Assembly (NCBI GenBank): GCA_951406725.2
Contig: OX597816.1
Span: 75,826,001-75,890,000 of the forward strand
Direction: 5' to 3'
Length of the DNA: 64,000 nucleotides
Source of the DNA: Octopus vulgaris
Taxonomy: Eukaryota
Part shown: positions 52,567 through 64,000 of the stretch, piece after piece
How positions within the stretch are numbered: position 1 is the first letter of the stretch
Layout: each line of letters opens with the position of its first letter
Position numbers and translations under genes: made by a program
Notes under the pieces: model-generated
Database searches by the model: none
What the model was told of the DNA's origin: nothing
Seen by the model: only the letters and a program-made list of their open reading frames with translations

Positions 52567-52940
52567 GTAAGTCGTATTTAAATTTAAAGCGTAGGTAGGA
52601 GACTTTAAGGTGTAGTATCCAAACTTTGTTAAGGGGAAGTCCTGTGCTAGTGTGCCTGTAGAGCACGTTCACCGCTAGTGGTTACCAGGTGTCATCTTGG
52701 GTCGTCCACTTTCGCTACCGGATGTGCGTTAGGAATTCCTCGGTGCACGTTGAGTGTATTCTAAGTGATTGATATAGAAGACAGAGTGTACTGGAAGCTT
52801 TAATTAGGACAACACTAGTTTAGGCTTACTTCTACACCGCTTCCTAGTGGTTGGGGAACGATGTAATGAAATCGAATGCACTCCGTATTGCAGAAGAAAC
52901 CTCTTTAGGCCACAAAAAGCGGTTCAGTGTTATAAGATGC

Positions 52941-53470
52941 ATTGGGTTGAGGAGTAATTCATGAGCGTTTTTTCAAATATATTTTATACAAAAAACTACA
53001 ACAAATTAACCAATGATATACTCTTCGTTGTTGTTTACGACTTCCTCCCATCATTCAAGAAGATTTTCGATGCCTCGGCGATAGAAATCTCCCAGTTTTG
53101 ACTCAAAGAATTCTTCCAGCCAATCCTTTATTTCCACGTCTTTATTGAACTACACACCGCACAAAGCTTTAGAAAGCGGCTGAAATTGGTTGAAAGAGAT
53201 GAAAATCTGACGGCACCAAATCTGGAGAGTATGGTGGATGAGGCAGCACTTCCGATTCGAGTTCTTGTGGAGCGTTGATTTATGTTTGTCTTCGCTCAAA
53301 GTGTGTGGAATCCAAGTGCAGAGTTTCTGAATCTTGTTCATTGAGTGAAGGTGGTTCACCACAGTTTTTTTAATCACAATCCACCTGCTCCGCCAATTCT
53401 CTGGTTGTTTGATGTGAATCATCGCGAATAAGTTGATTCAGTCACTTTTTATCGAACTCAGTTGGTCGTC
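52941..53470 (-). pseudogene. Internally deleted mariner transposase with one TIR-like end
   Basis: KLCTWIPHTLSE (WVPHEL), EVLPHPPYSPDLVPSDFHLF and DWLEEFFESKLGDFYRRGIENLLE*WEEVVNNNEEYI. The end reads attgggttgaggagtaattcatgagcg. Confidence 0.9.
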
Positions 53471-53471
53471 C

Positions 53472-53540
<69 letters not shown>

Positions 53541-53603
53541 CATACATACATACACGCAAATATCTATCTGTCTGTCAGTCTATATATATGCGTGTGTGTC
53601 TGC

Positions 53604-53639
<36 letters not shown>

Positions 53640-54211
53640 AATATTTTACAATTATATACATAATTATAACAAGGGATCGGCTTTACGCCTAACCACGCAC
53701 TGCAAGACCTGAAAATCTCCGAGAATAACACACTATATTGTAGGCGAGCAAAAGAAAATAATGAATCAACAAGATTCGGTTAATTGGATTCAAGATCGTA
53801 TTACAAGGTTAAAGTAAAAATATTTTACCTATTGCTCTCATCAGCGACAGTATTATATAGGATAAATTTATGAGTGTCTCAAAATATGCATGCGATCGGC
53901 GACATCGCATGATCAGTATCCATCCACACTCGCAAAAATATACTGCCAAGTAGAATTCACAATTTAAGCTTGAAACACGATCTTGTAAGCAGTTAACCGA
54001 ATCTTGTTGCTCGTCTACCATATAGTGTGTTATTCTCGGAGATTTTAATGTGATAATGGAGGTTTTAGCGAATATTTATTGCAGTGAGTGGTGAGGCATA
54101 AAGCCGATCGCTTGTTATAATTATATATATAATTATAAAATATTTTGAAAATTTACCTATGAGATTTTTATTTTCGCTGAGACCACCTGGTAAAACTATT
54201 ACTGAAACTAT

Positions 54212-54252
<41 letters not shown>

Positions 54253-54393
54253 TAATAAAATGGTAAAATCAATAATAGTTTTACCAGGTGGTCACTGCGA
54301 AAATAAAAACCTCATAGGTAAATTTTACAAAATATTTTATAATTATATATATAATTATAACAAGCGATCGGCTTTACGCCTCACCACGCATTG

Positions 54394-54398
<5 letters not shown>
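53640..54398. repeat. Three alternating-orientation copies of one element (nested inverted repeats)
   Basis: taattataacaagcgatcggctttacgcctcaccacgca occurs at 53661 (+), about 54085-54125 (-) and 54352 (+). Extended arms are shared pairwise. Confidence 0.9.
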
Positions 54399-54445
<47 letters not shown>

Positions 54446-54640
54446 CCGGTACTGCATTATCCAGTTTCTAGGTTTTTCATTTTTCAGATGTTCTTCCTAG
54501 AGGTAAGACAAATTTTTTCATGTTTGTTGCACACACACGTCTTTACTAGTATATACACAGTGAAGCTATACAATAGCGTCGTATTTATTACGATCGCTAT
54601 TTTCCAGTAAATATCGGTACTTCGTTGTACCATTTATTTA

Positions 54641-54700
<60 letters not shown>

Positions 54701-55242
54701 TACATACATACATACATACATACATACATACATACATACATACACACACACATACATACATACATACATACATACATACATACATACATACATACATACA
54801 TACATACATACATACGAATATCTAAATATCTATCTATCTGCCTGTCTATATATATATGCAAGTGTGTGAGTGTGTGTATGTGTATTAACTTTAATTATAA
54901 CTGTATTGCAGTGGATTTGTACCAAAGTATCGTAATTATCTGCAAGCTTAAGTGACTTGACTCACTGAATTTTAAGGAACAAACGAAATATCAATAGTTA
55001 CATTCAGTTAAAGACACCAATTTGCATGGTCTTTTTGGTGTATAATTACTGTCGTCTTTCTCATTATTTCTATGTCAACGACAATAATCAAAATACATTT
55101 TCATCTGTTTAGTTTTGACATCGAAGACTTTTTAAAAATAATAGTTGGTTCAGCTATCTTAACTTTATCTTAGATTGTTTAATATACACTGTTATATACA
55201 GTATATTTATTATGCATATATATATATATATACATTCATAAA

Positions 55243-55305
<63 letters not shown>

Positions 55306-55409
55306 CTTTTGGATTTGGCTTGCAAGAGTCTTTATTTGAGTTCGTGTGTTGAAGCATATTCTGTTGTGTCTGGCGAGAGTAATTTTCTTTTTGTGCTTTA
55401 TAATGTAAC

Positions 55410-55456
<47 letters not shown>

Positions 55457-56688
55457 GCGTGTGTGTGCATGTGTGTATGTGTGTGAATTTATATGTGTTT
55501 ACATATATGTTTATACACGGGCCACACACAACATACATGCATACTCACATATGTGTATATGTGAGCGTATCTATATATTTACATGCCTGTACATATTTGG
55601 GCATTTTTTTATAACACCAAAATGATGCACCTGTCTATTTGTATAGCTGTCAAACTCCGTTTAATTCTTTCTTCGATTAATTTTTTTCTTTCGTTACTTT
55701 TATAATTGAAATAGTAACCCATATTGTTTTTAAAACTGTTATTTTGCAAATTTTGCAGATCTCGACTATTTTACCTAGCGATTTCTAGAAAATACGTGCT
55801 CAATTCTGTTTTTAGAAAAAAAAACAGACAATATTTTTCTCACTTCTTAATTACATTGGCTCATTGAAAATACCATTTAAAATTATATCCTGCGTTCACG
55901 CTTTTTCTTAACCTCGGGTCCTTTTACTACAAAACGTTATTTTTCCTCTTTTCTTACTCGTTTTCTCTATCGAACTATCTATATTGTCAATTCTCTCCAG
56001 TTGTATTAACATTATTGTTTGCCGATTTCTTTACGTCTTTTTGCCTTACTAGTGCAATCAATTTAAAATCTATAGCGATTTATGTTTTTGTCGTTACTCA
56101 GTTTAACCCTCCTAATCTAAAATTCATTGTACCTAAATTTCTCTTTGACATTTAAAATTTTATATTTTTATCCTGTATGTTAAACTCGTGCTGTAGCAGT
56201 TTGCAAACAACCTTTGTTTATTCGTACATTCGTAATTCACCATTTCTCTTCAGGCATTACAACATATTTGTTACATGATTTTTAACACCGACTTTTCTTT
56301 CCCAAATTAAAGTGTCAATAACCTTTTCTCATATATTTTCATATTTTTTCTGGAAAATGTATTTTATTCTTTTCTTATTCTACCCCATTCCTTTGCACCT
56401 TCCGACTTTTATACACCACGTTCTGTTTCTTTTCTTAACTTTAATAATCCTCAACATCATGTCACTTTCCCGAGGAAAATTTCATCACCTTAGCCTCTGC
56501 AGGCCAGGTTTTCCTCGCCTTCCTTTTCCGATTGAGTTCAACTATTAGTCAACTTTGACTCCATATTCAGCTTTCTGTACCCCTTCTGAACGCTTCTTGG
56601 ATTTAGAAATTTCAACGACATTCTCCATTCCCTTAAATACCTAACTTCACATACAATTTACGCATTTCTGTTTGTCAGTTTCCGTATG

Positions 56689-56723
<35 letters not shown>

Positions 56724-56904
56724 TAATTTAGAAGGAAAGATCCAGAGAAAAAGTTACCATGATAGCCAAATGTCATATAAGCGCTTAAGAAATTAGTAAC
56801 CACACTTGCATTGGTGATGATTCGAGGAGAAGTGAGACATGTTTTGGAGAACATAAAAGAAATGGAAAATGGAAACAAACGCACAAGATGTTATTTAAAT
56901 AATT

Positions 56905-57539
56905 TATATCAACATATCACAACATATGTTTCAATCGATACATTAAAATTAATCTGGGAGGGAGAGTAATGTGGAATAATGTATCAATCTCATCAAGGAG
57001 GTTGTTATAAACAACAGTGTTCATTAATAAGCCATTTTTACAGATGTAAGAAATTATAATATATAATATATGATATTGGAAAAACAAAAGGGGGTAGGGA
57101 ACACCAGTAATTTTAAAATACCGTTAAGAAATTTGACGTCATAGGACAAGAGAAGAAGAGAAGGAAGAGAGAAAGAAAATTAAAGGAGTAACGGAGAGAT
57201 AGACAAAAGGAAGGTGAATGACAAATGGATAGAAATGATAAAGGAAAGAACGGGATGTATGTGATGAAAAGAATAAAGTAAAAGCTGCAGATATTCTCTT
57301 CTCTCGTCCTATGATATCAAATTTCTTAGCAGTATTTTAAAATTACTAGCGTTTCCTATTCACCTTTTGTTTTTCATATATTATATATTAGAATTCCTTA
57401 TATCTGTAAAAATGGTTTATGACGGAACATTGTTGTTTATAATCTCCTCCCTGATGATATTGATACATTATTCCACATTATTATTCCTCCCGGATTAATT
57501 TAAATGTATCAATCGAAACGTGTCGGTGATATGGTGATA

Positions 57540-57540
<1 letters not shown>
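56905..57540. mobile_element. Inverted pair of diverged Penelope-type pLTRs, each with a degenerate long-stem-II HHR
   Basis: Arms span about 56905-57155 and 57296-57540. Plus arm: cc-CTGATGA-tattgatacatt...aatgtatcaatc-GAAA-cgtg-TC-gg (57449-57526). Flanks are homologous to 35960-36200. Confidence 0.75.
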
Positions 57541-57598
<58 letters not shown>

Positions 57599-57721
57599 TT
57601 TTTTTTTCAGCAAAAACAATTAAGATTCAAGTGAATTCCAATGAATTCAAATGAATACGGTACTTAACTTAGATGCACCAGAATTGTTTATGGTATTAAC
57701 CATAAAATAATGTGGGGTGAT

Positions 57722-58378
57722 TATAACCAAGAAAAAACAACAAGAATGGATTAGTAGTTTAGTATAAGTGTTTCATACCAAGAACAATTTTATTTAAAGC
57801 TGCAAGTATTGCAGCAAATACAAATGTCCAGTATTCATCAGCTAAATCACATATATGTTTTCCAGACATCCTAGAGAGTGTGTCTATCCTCATGAAGTAT
57901 TAGGAGTGAGTTCTATGAAATTTAAAGTCAAATTATAAGCAGACTCAAATTGCTTTCTAATGATTCACAGTTTTATAAAAAGTTTTAAAAAAGATTTGTG
58001 AATTGTGAAATGAACCGCTGTGTGATCAATAGCTTTCCTCATGTCTCCAGAAATTATATCTGCATTTTTATGGTTGGATTCATCTTCTCTGGGAAGTTAA
58101 CAATCTTTTTAAAAACTTTTTTATAAAACTGTGCATCATTAGAAAACAATTTGAGTTTGCTTATAATTTGACTTTAAATTTCATAGAACTCACTCCTAAT
58201 ACTTCATGAGGATAGACACACTCTCTAGGATGTCTGGAAAACATATATGTGATTTAGCTGATGAATACTGGACATTTGTATTTGCTGCAATACTTGCAGC
58301 TTTAAATAAAATTGTTCTTGGTATGAAACAATTGTACTAAACTACTAATCCATTCTTGTTGCTTTTTTCTTGGTTATA
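57722..58378. repeat. Long near-perfect inverted repeat (about 275-bp arms, about 105-bp spacer)
   Basis: 57722-57996 is the reverse complement of 58102-58378. The central part of about 170 bp is identical by eye. Confidence 0.95.
58253..58341 (+). ncRNA. Type I hammerhead ribozyme with long stem II
   Basis: tttag-CTGATGA-atact...gctgcaa(tac)ttgcagc...ggtat-GAAA-caattg-TA-ctaaa. The core is intact and the triplet is GUA. Confidence 0.8.
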
Positions 58379-58455
58379 TATATATATATATATATATATG
58401 TCTGTGTGTGTGTATGTGTATATATGTATGTATATACGCACACACGTATGTAATG

Positions 58456-58523
<68 letters not shown>

Positions 58524-58524
58524 G

Positions 58525-58589
<65 letters not shown>

Positions 58590-59302
58590 ATATCTATCTA
58601 TCTATCTATCTACCTATCTTTGAAATGAGTGTATATATATATGGTTCCATGTATGTTTGAATGTGTGTGCACTTGCATGTGTGCGACTGTGAGTTTGATT
58701 GTGTACATATGTGTTCTTTGTATATGGGTGTGTTTATATGTATGCAAGTGAGCGATCTTTGTATGTATACTTATAGCAGTTTACTTTTATGCACGTATTC
58801 TATAAGCACACAAACACACACACACACACATACACGTACACACGTATATTTATATATCTAAAATTGTATGTTATCTTTACAAGCGGATAAAAATGGCATG
58901 TGTGTTTTTAAACGTTTATGTATCTGTGCATGCATGTCTGTATGGCGCATGAATGTACTCATGCATAAATAATGACAAATAGATATTCACAGACATCATT
59001 CAATTAATTATTGCAGTAATTATTTATTATATCAAAACAGGGGACATTGACTATTTTCACTTCCGTTCTAGTAAGCATTGTGCCAACAAAGACAATTCCC
59101 AGATCGCATGTCAGTAAAGAATGATTTCATGTGACATACTTGAAAATTCTTCTTTACTGAAATTCCACACGAGGACTGCATTCTTGGCAGAAAATTTAAA
59201 GTAATGAAATAGTAGTTGGTTTTAAATATTCACTCTACAGTGCGTATTGAATACACTTTAGACTGCTTGTCATAGGATACTTTCTTTCTCTCTCTCTTAC
59301 CT

Positions 59303-59350
<48 letters not shown>

Positions 59351-59427
59351 TCATTCTTTCTTTCATTCTTTCTTTCTTTTTTCTTACTTCCTTCCTTTAT
59401 ATGAATACATACACTCACACACACACA

Positions 59428-59491
<64 letters not shown>

Positions 59492-59564
59492 TATTATTCC
59501 AAAATGTAACTACACGTGGACTGTTGGCGATTTTTCCCTTCTTCCTTTCTTTTGGACTTTCCTA

Positions 59565-59680
59565 TGTCTCCCGTTTCCGAAGAAGAGTTTTGCTCGAAAC
59601 GTAAAAAAACTACGCTTTCTTTCCTCTTCTAAGTGTCTTATTAATACTTTGCATGTACCACCTCCTCGCGTTGTTGTTTT
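59565..59680 (+). mobile_element. Penelope-type pLTR remnant with variant minimal HHR (59574-59606)
   Basis: ttt-CCGAAGAA-gagt(ttt)gctc-GAAA-cg-TA-aaa...taatac...cctcgcgttgttgt. The 3' end also matches 31700-31760 (-). Confidence 0.6.
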
Positions 59681-59877
59681 GTGTGTGTGTGTGTGTATAT
59701 ATATATGTACACACACACACACATATATATATATATGTGTATATATGTGTATATATGTATACATATATAAAGGGAGTTCACACACATATACACACACATG
59801 CACACACATTCACAAGCACACTGACACAGACACACGTATATATGTGCATGTGTGTGTGTGCATGTGTGTAATATGTT

Positions 59878-60050
59878 TGTGTTTGTCTCTCCTCTTTTAG
59901 CTTGCAAACCGGTGTTAGTTTGATTACGTCCACATAACTTAGTCGTTCGGCAAAAGATAGAACTTATTCGATAGAATAAGTAACAGACTTAAAAACAAGT
60001 ACTCAGGTCGATTTGTTCTAAATCCTTCGACTGATGCTCCAACATGGCCG
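59878..60050 (+). mobile_element. SINE family C 3' part
   Basis: gtttgattacgtccacataacttagtcgttcggcaaaaga...gctccaacatggccg is homologous to 42866-43085. Confidence 0.7.
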
Positions 60051-60286
60051 GAAACAACATTTTGAATGTATCGGTTAAGCTGTAGTGGATACATTCAGTA
60101 AACTTTATCCAATTTCTCATAATTGTATACGTAATAGAAACTCTCGGTGTGTTGGTTGCATAGAACTAAACTGAATTTTCTTAAAATTGAATTTGTGAGT
60201 ATGATCAACGTAAACAATTCTGTTTTCCAAAGATTTCATGCCTAATATTAGATATTATTGTATATATAGTTTCTTATCAACTGATG

Positions 60287-60615
60287 TTTGAAGGCGCATG
60301 GCTCAGTGGTTAGAGCGTCGCGCTTACGATCGTGAGGTTGTGAGTTCGAATCCCGGACCGGGCTGCGTGTTGTGTTCTTGAGCAAGACACTTTATTTCAC
60401 GTTGCTCCAGTTCACTCAGCTGTAGAAATGAGTTGCGACGTCACAGGCGCCAAGCTGTATCGGCCTTTGCATTTCCCGTGGATAACACTGGTGGCGTGGA
60501 GAGGGGAGGCCGGCATGCATGGGCGACTGCTGGTCTTCCTTGCCCGGATTTGTGCCTGGGAGAGTAACTTTCTAGGTGCAATCCCACCGTCAGTCATGAC
60601 CGGAGGGGGGATCTC
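60287..60615 (+). mobile_element. Full-length tRNA-derived CORE-type SINE (family B) with 11-bp TSD
   Basis: A box TGGCTCAGTGG, B box GAGTTCGAATCCC and a CORE-like gtgttcttgagcaagacactt. TSD ATCAACTGATG at 60276-60286 and 60616-60626. Confidence 0.9.
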
Positions 60616-61163
60616 ATCAACTGATGCAGTGTAGAGGTATCTTCTTAAAAAACCAAATCTGCAGGGTACCAGCATCGATTTCATTTCACAACATGCGCTT
60701 TGTTAATACTATTGGCAGATTATATCTGACATTGCATTGTGTTCGCTTGTAAAATTTAATTTAAACCTGGTACTAAAGTTCATTATCTAAAAGATGGGTA
60801 ATTGAAACGTTAATGATTTTCCCCAAGGCCATTACCGTTGTAGTTTTAATACCATATTCCCATCGAAATACACACCGTTGTTTCCATTAATGTTGAAAAT
60901 ATTTGGAAAATAAATTAACATGGAATTTTGATGAAAGGTTTTAATTAAAACCACTTTAAAGCAGGAAATTTGCATTGTAGGACCAGTGATGGTTTCAGGC
61001 CGATCGACCAAAAGAATTAAAGTGAAATGATTCAGACTCTAATTAAAACTGCATTGTGGTTTCTGTTTCCCGAATTTCCATTCCTGTTTATGTTATTTGC
61101 CAAGTGTTCCCGAAAATATGTAGAAGTGTACCTATTTAAGAAATGAATGTTTTGATGAGTACC

Positions 61164-61398
61164 TATTTCTTTACTACCCACAAGGGGCTAAACACAGAGA
61201 GGACAAACAAGGATAGACAAACGGATTAAGTCGATTATATCGACCCCAGTGCGTAACTGGTACTTATTTAATCGACCCCGAAAGGATGAAAGGCAAAGTC
61301 GACCTCGGCGGAATTTGAACTCAGAACGTAGCGGCAGACGAAATACCACTAAGCATTTCGCCCTGCGTGCTGACGATTCAGCCAGCTCACCGCCTTAC
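61164..61398 (-). mobile_element. Full-length SINE family A with TSD
   Basis: TSD TTTTGATGAGTACC at 61150-61163 and 61399-61412. Head ggcggtgagctggctgaatcg, B box gagttcaaattcc. Confidence 0.93.
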
Positions 61399-61948
61399 TT
61401 TTGATGAGTACCGTGAAGAAAAGTTAATATCGTAAATAGTTTTGATTTCTGTTTGAGGATATTTCATTTCCTTCACATGGTGAATGAACACCCGTTAAGC
61501 TCACGTAATAATGTCTCACTGAAGAATCTATTTTTGGGGTTATGTAAGAAGTAATGAAATGTTTTTCTTGTCATTTTAAAAAAAACATTTTAGTTCATTT
61601 AGTTTCAAGGATTATCTTGCTTGAAGACCGACAACCTTCGTGAATTTTCCAAATGAGTTTTAATTGAGTGAGTTTCCTTTATACTCATCGGGCATTTCTA
61701 AGTCACTTCCGATTGAATAGATCGATGATCAAAGGGATTCGTCTGTGATCATCCAGTCTTTTTGTATATCGGGGACTACAGTGCCTATTATATCCTTTCA
61801 TGTTTTAAACGATAAGATTTGATTTGAGCAAATTCGTCAGCTATTTCTAGTAGGTCAAGCTTCCGCGTAAAGGCTCCTTCATTGATTAAAGCAAGATGTA
61901 TATACAAATGTTTGCTAATTACATTAGCTATATTAGTGCAGCGATTAG

Positions 61949-62330
61949 GGCGGCGAGCTGGCAGAATCGTTAACACGCCGGACGAAATGCTGAGCGGTAT
62001 TTCGTCTGCCGCTACGTTCTGAGTTCAAGTTCAGCCGAGGTCAACTTTGCCTTGCATCCTTTCGGGGTCGATAAATTAAGTACCAGTTACGCACTGGGGT
62101 CGATGAAATCGACTTAATCCGTTTGTCTGTCCTTGTTTGTCCTCTCTGTGTTTAGCCCCTTGTGGGTAGTAAAGAAATAGGTATTTCGTCTGCCGTTACG
62201 TTCTGAGTTCAAATTTCACCGAGGTCGACTTTGCCTTTCATCCTTTCGGGGTCGATGCAATCGACTTAATCCTTTTGTCTGTCCTTGTTTGTCCCCTCTG
62301 TATTTAGCCCCCTGTGAGCAATAAAGAAAT
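61949..62330 (+). mobile_element. SINE family A head-to-tail dimer with imperfect TSD
   Basis: Head ggcggcgagctggcagaatcgtt. The second unit restarts at ggtatttcgtc (62180, 184 nt after 61996). Flanked by atattagtgc.gcga.ta repeats. Confidence 0.92.
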
Positions 62331-64000
62331 ATATATTAGTGCGGCGACTAAATCGTCTATCAATGTTCTAAAACTTGAGGTATTAACTTCTAGTGTGTAT
62401 ACAGAGGCGTACTATCAAATAGAGGATATTCTCAGACACAAAATCTTGAATACCCAAATGAACCATGATATTCCATGCCTTTTTCTGATTACGGCAATGA
62501 TTGATAGTAATGATACATTCATCTTTATATTTAAAGTAAAGAGTGTGTAAATTAATGTGACTGAAAGGAAAATTCGCATCGAGGTTTCAAATTTAAGTTG
62601 AAATCTAGGTTAGTTCTTATAGAAAAAGAGATATACCTTCATTTTAAATTAATTTTTATTATAAAAAATATTTACCAAAAGGCAATCTTTATATTCAGCT
62701 TCACGTTGATATCTTGTTAGAACTGTCGCTTATGATTATCTTTTAATAAGCTTGCAGGCTATTTGCGACATCAGTGACTGAAAAGACACTTGTATATATA
62801 GTGGTAGCGAGATTTGGCTGGTGGTCACCGGAGGCTTTCCTCTAAAGAAGTGCAGTAGACTGAAATCACATGATCTGGCAGTTGCGGTGCCTATAACAGG
62901 CGCTTCTTGTCTGTTATGATATATGTCTGTGCTTTTATGGACCATGCGTCAATATGAGAGGACCGCTCAAGGCGAATTCCACAGTATTCGGCGTTCTAAC
63001 AAGATATCCACATTAAGTTGCATATAAAGATTGACTTTTATTATTCTTTCAATTATCTCTATATCTATTGTTTCAGTCATACAGAATACATTTCTTTTCT
63101 TCTAGTAAACATTCTCGTCTGGATTAAATTAGCTAATCAACGATCAGTATGTGATAGAAGATCTGATAATACTCTCTTGATGCTTAATACTTATCAGATC
63201 AATTCTGTATGGTAAGTAGATGCAGCTCTTAAAAGCCTTGATCCTTTAGCTGCAATCGCTACAATATCCCATGATGTATCTCACAGATCTTCATCGTCAA
63301 TTAACGTAGTCGGAATTTCATAAAAAACAACAAACAACGGCCGGTCGACCTACTAGCACTAGCAACAAAATCTCTCAATATTTAACCTCTCGTGGTGCCT
63401 ATTTGGTCAACAAACTGCAAATCCTTGGTCGATACGACAAAAACTGAGCTGTAGCTACAATATAACAATGAAAAAGGCAATATCAATGACTATTTTTAAT
63501 GGTTTGGTCAGAAGAGAACCACACGCTTATAAAGGTCTCTGTGCTAGGTTGGATAAGATTATCTTCAGAGCGGAAATAGGATCAAATACTGAAGAGAGCC
63601 AAAGGTCAGGTTGTGGTGTGAAGAAGGGCGGTGGATTTTTATCAGCTGGACCAGATCTATATACGCGTTTACATTTTCAGTAGTCATATAACATTTGTAT
63701 GTTGTGATTTAGTCCCAAAGCAACTTTCATCGAACAGACAAAGACATTTCAGCTATGATTGTTCTACCTTTTTTTTATCAAACACGTATCGTGTACAGTG
63801 TTACTTTTACCCAATTTATTATTACTTTATCTTTTATTAAGACGCTAGATTCTGGCTTCAGGCAGATTTGGCTGCTACTTAATGCAGGTTGAGCGACCAC
63901 TGAGAAGCTCTTTCTTTGGACTGTTTCTATTAATACAGTTCTTATTATTGATGCTGCTATTTTTTGCAGTTTCTGACATACATGAGATAATCGATGCCAT

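Noticed and set aside
54088-54122. gtggtga-ggc...gcc-gatc as an HHR variant
   Set aside because: Both conserved core boxes deviate at several positions in all three copies.
60293-60363. tRNA gene
   Set aside because: It has A/B boxes but no proper acceptor stem, and it continues into a SINE body flanked by a TSD. The same applies to family A heads.

Overview
AT-rich, microsatellite-dense eukaryotic DNA with no recognisable host protein-coding gene. The (TA)n/(CTAT)n/(CATA)n/(CA)n arrays and the tRNA-derived SINE families suggest a coleoid cephalopod (octopus-like) intergenic or intronic region; the organism call is inference. Almost all ORFs in the track are microsatellite artefacts. The real content is decayed mobile DNA: three mariner remnants, a hAT derivative with an 8-bp TSD, a complete non-autonomous Helitron, a Helitron PIF1 fragment, RTE, CR1-type and R4/Dong-type LINE fragments, two Penelope GIY-YIG fragments, many SINEs, and two diverged copies of a gag/ORF1-like gene with no reverse transcriptase. 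The most notable unannotated signal is about ten type I hammerhead ribozyme (HHR) motifs, intact or degenerate, from several Penelope-type pseudo-LTR families. Several have greatly extended stem II, one has a compensatory A3-U8 core, one family has an extra core A, and some sit in long inverted repeats beside (TA)n. All alignments and RNA folds were done by eye, so boundaries are approximate unless a TSD or motif fixes them.
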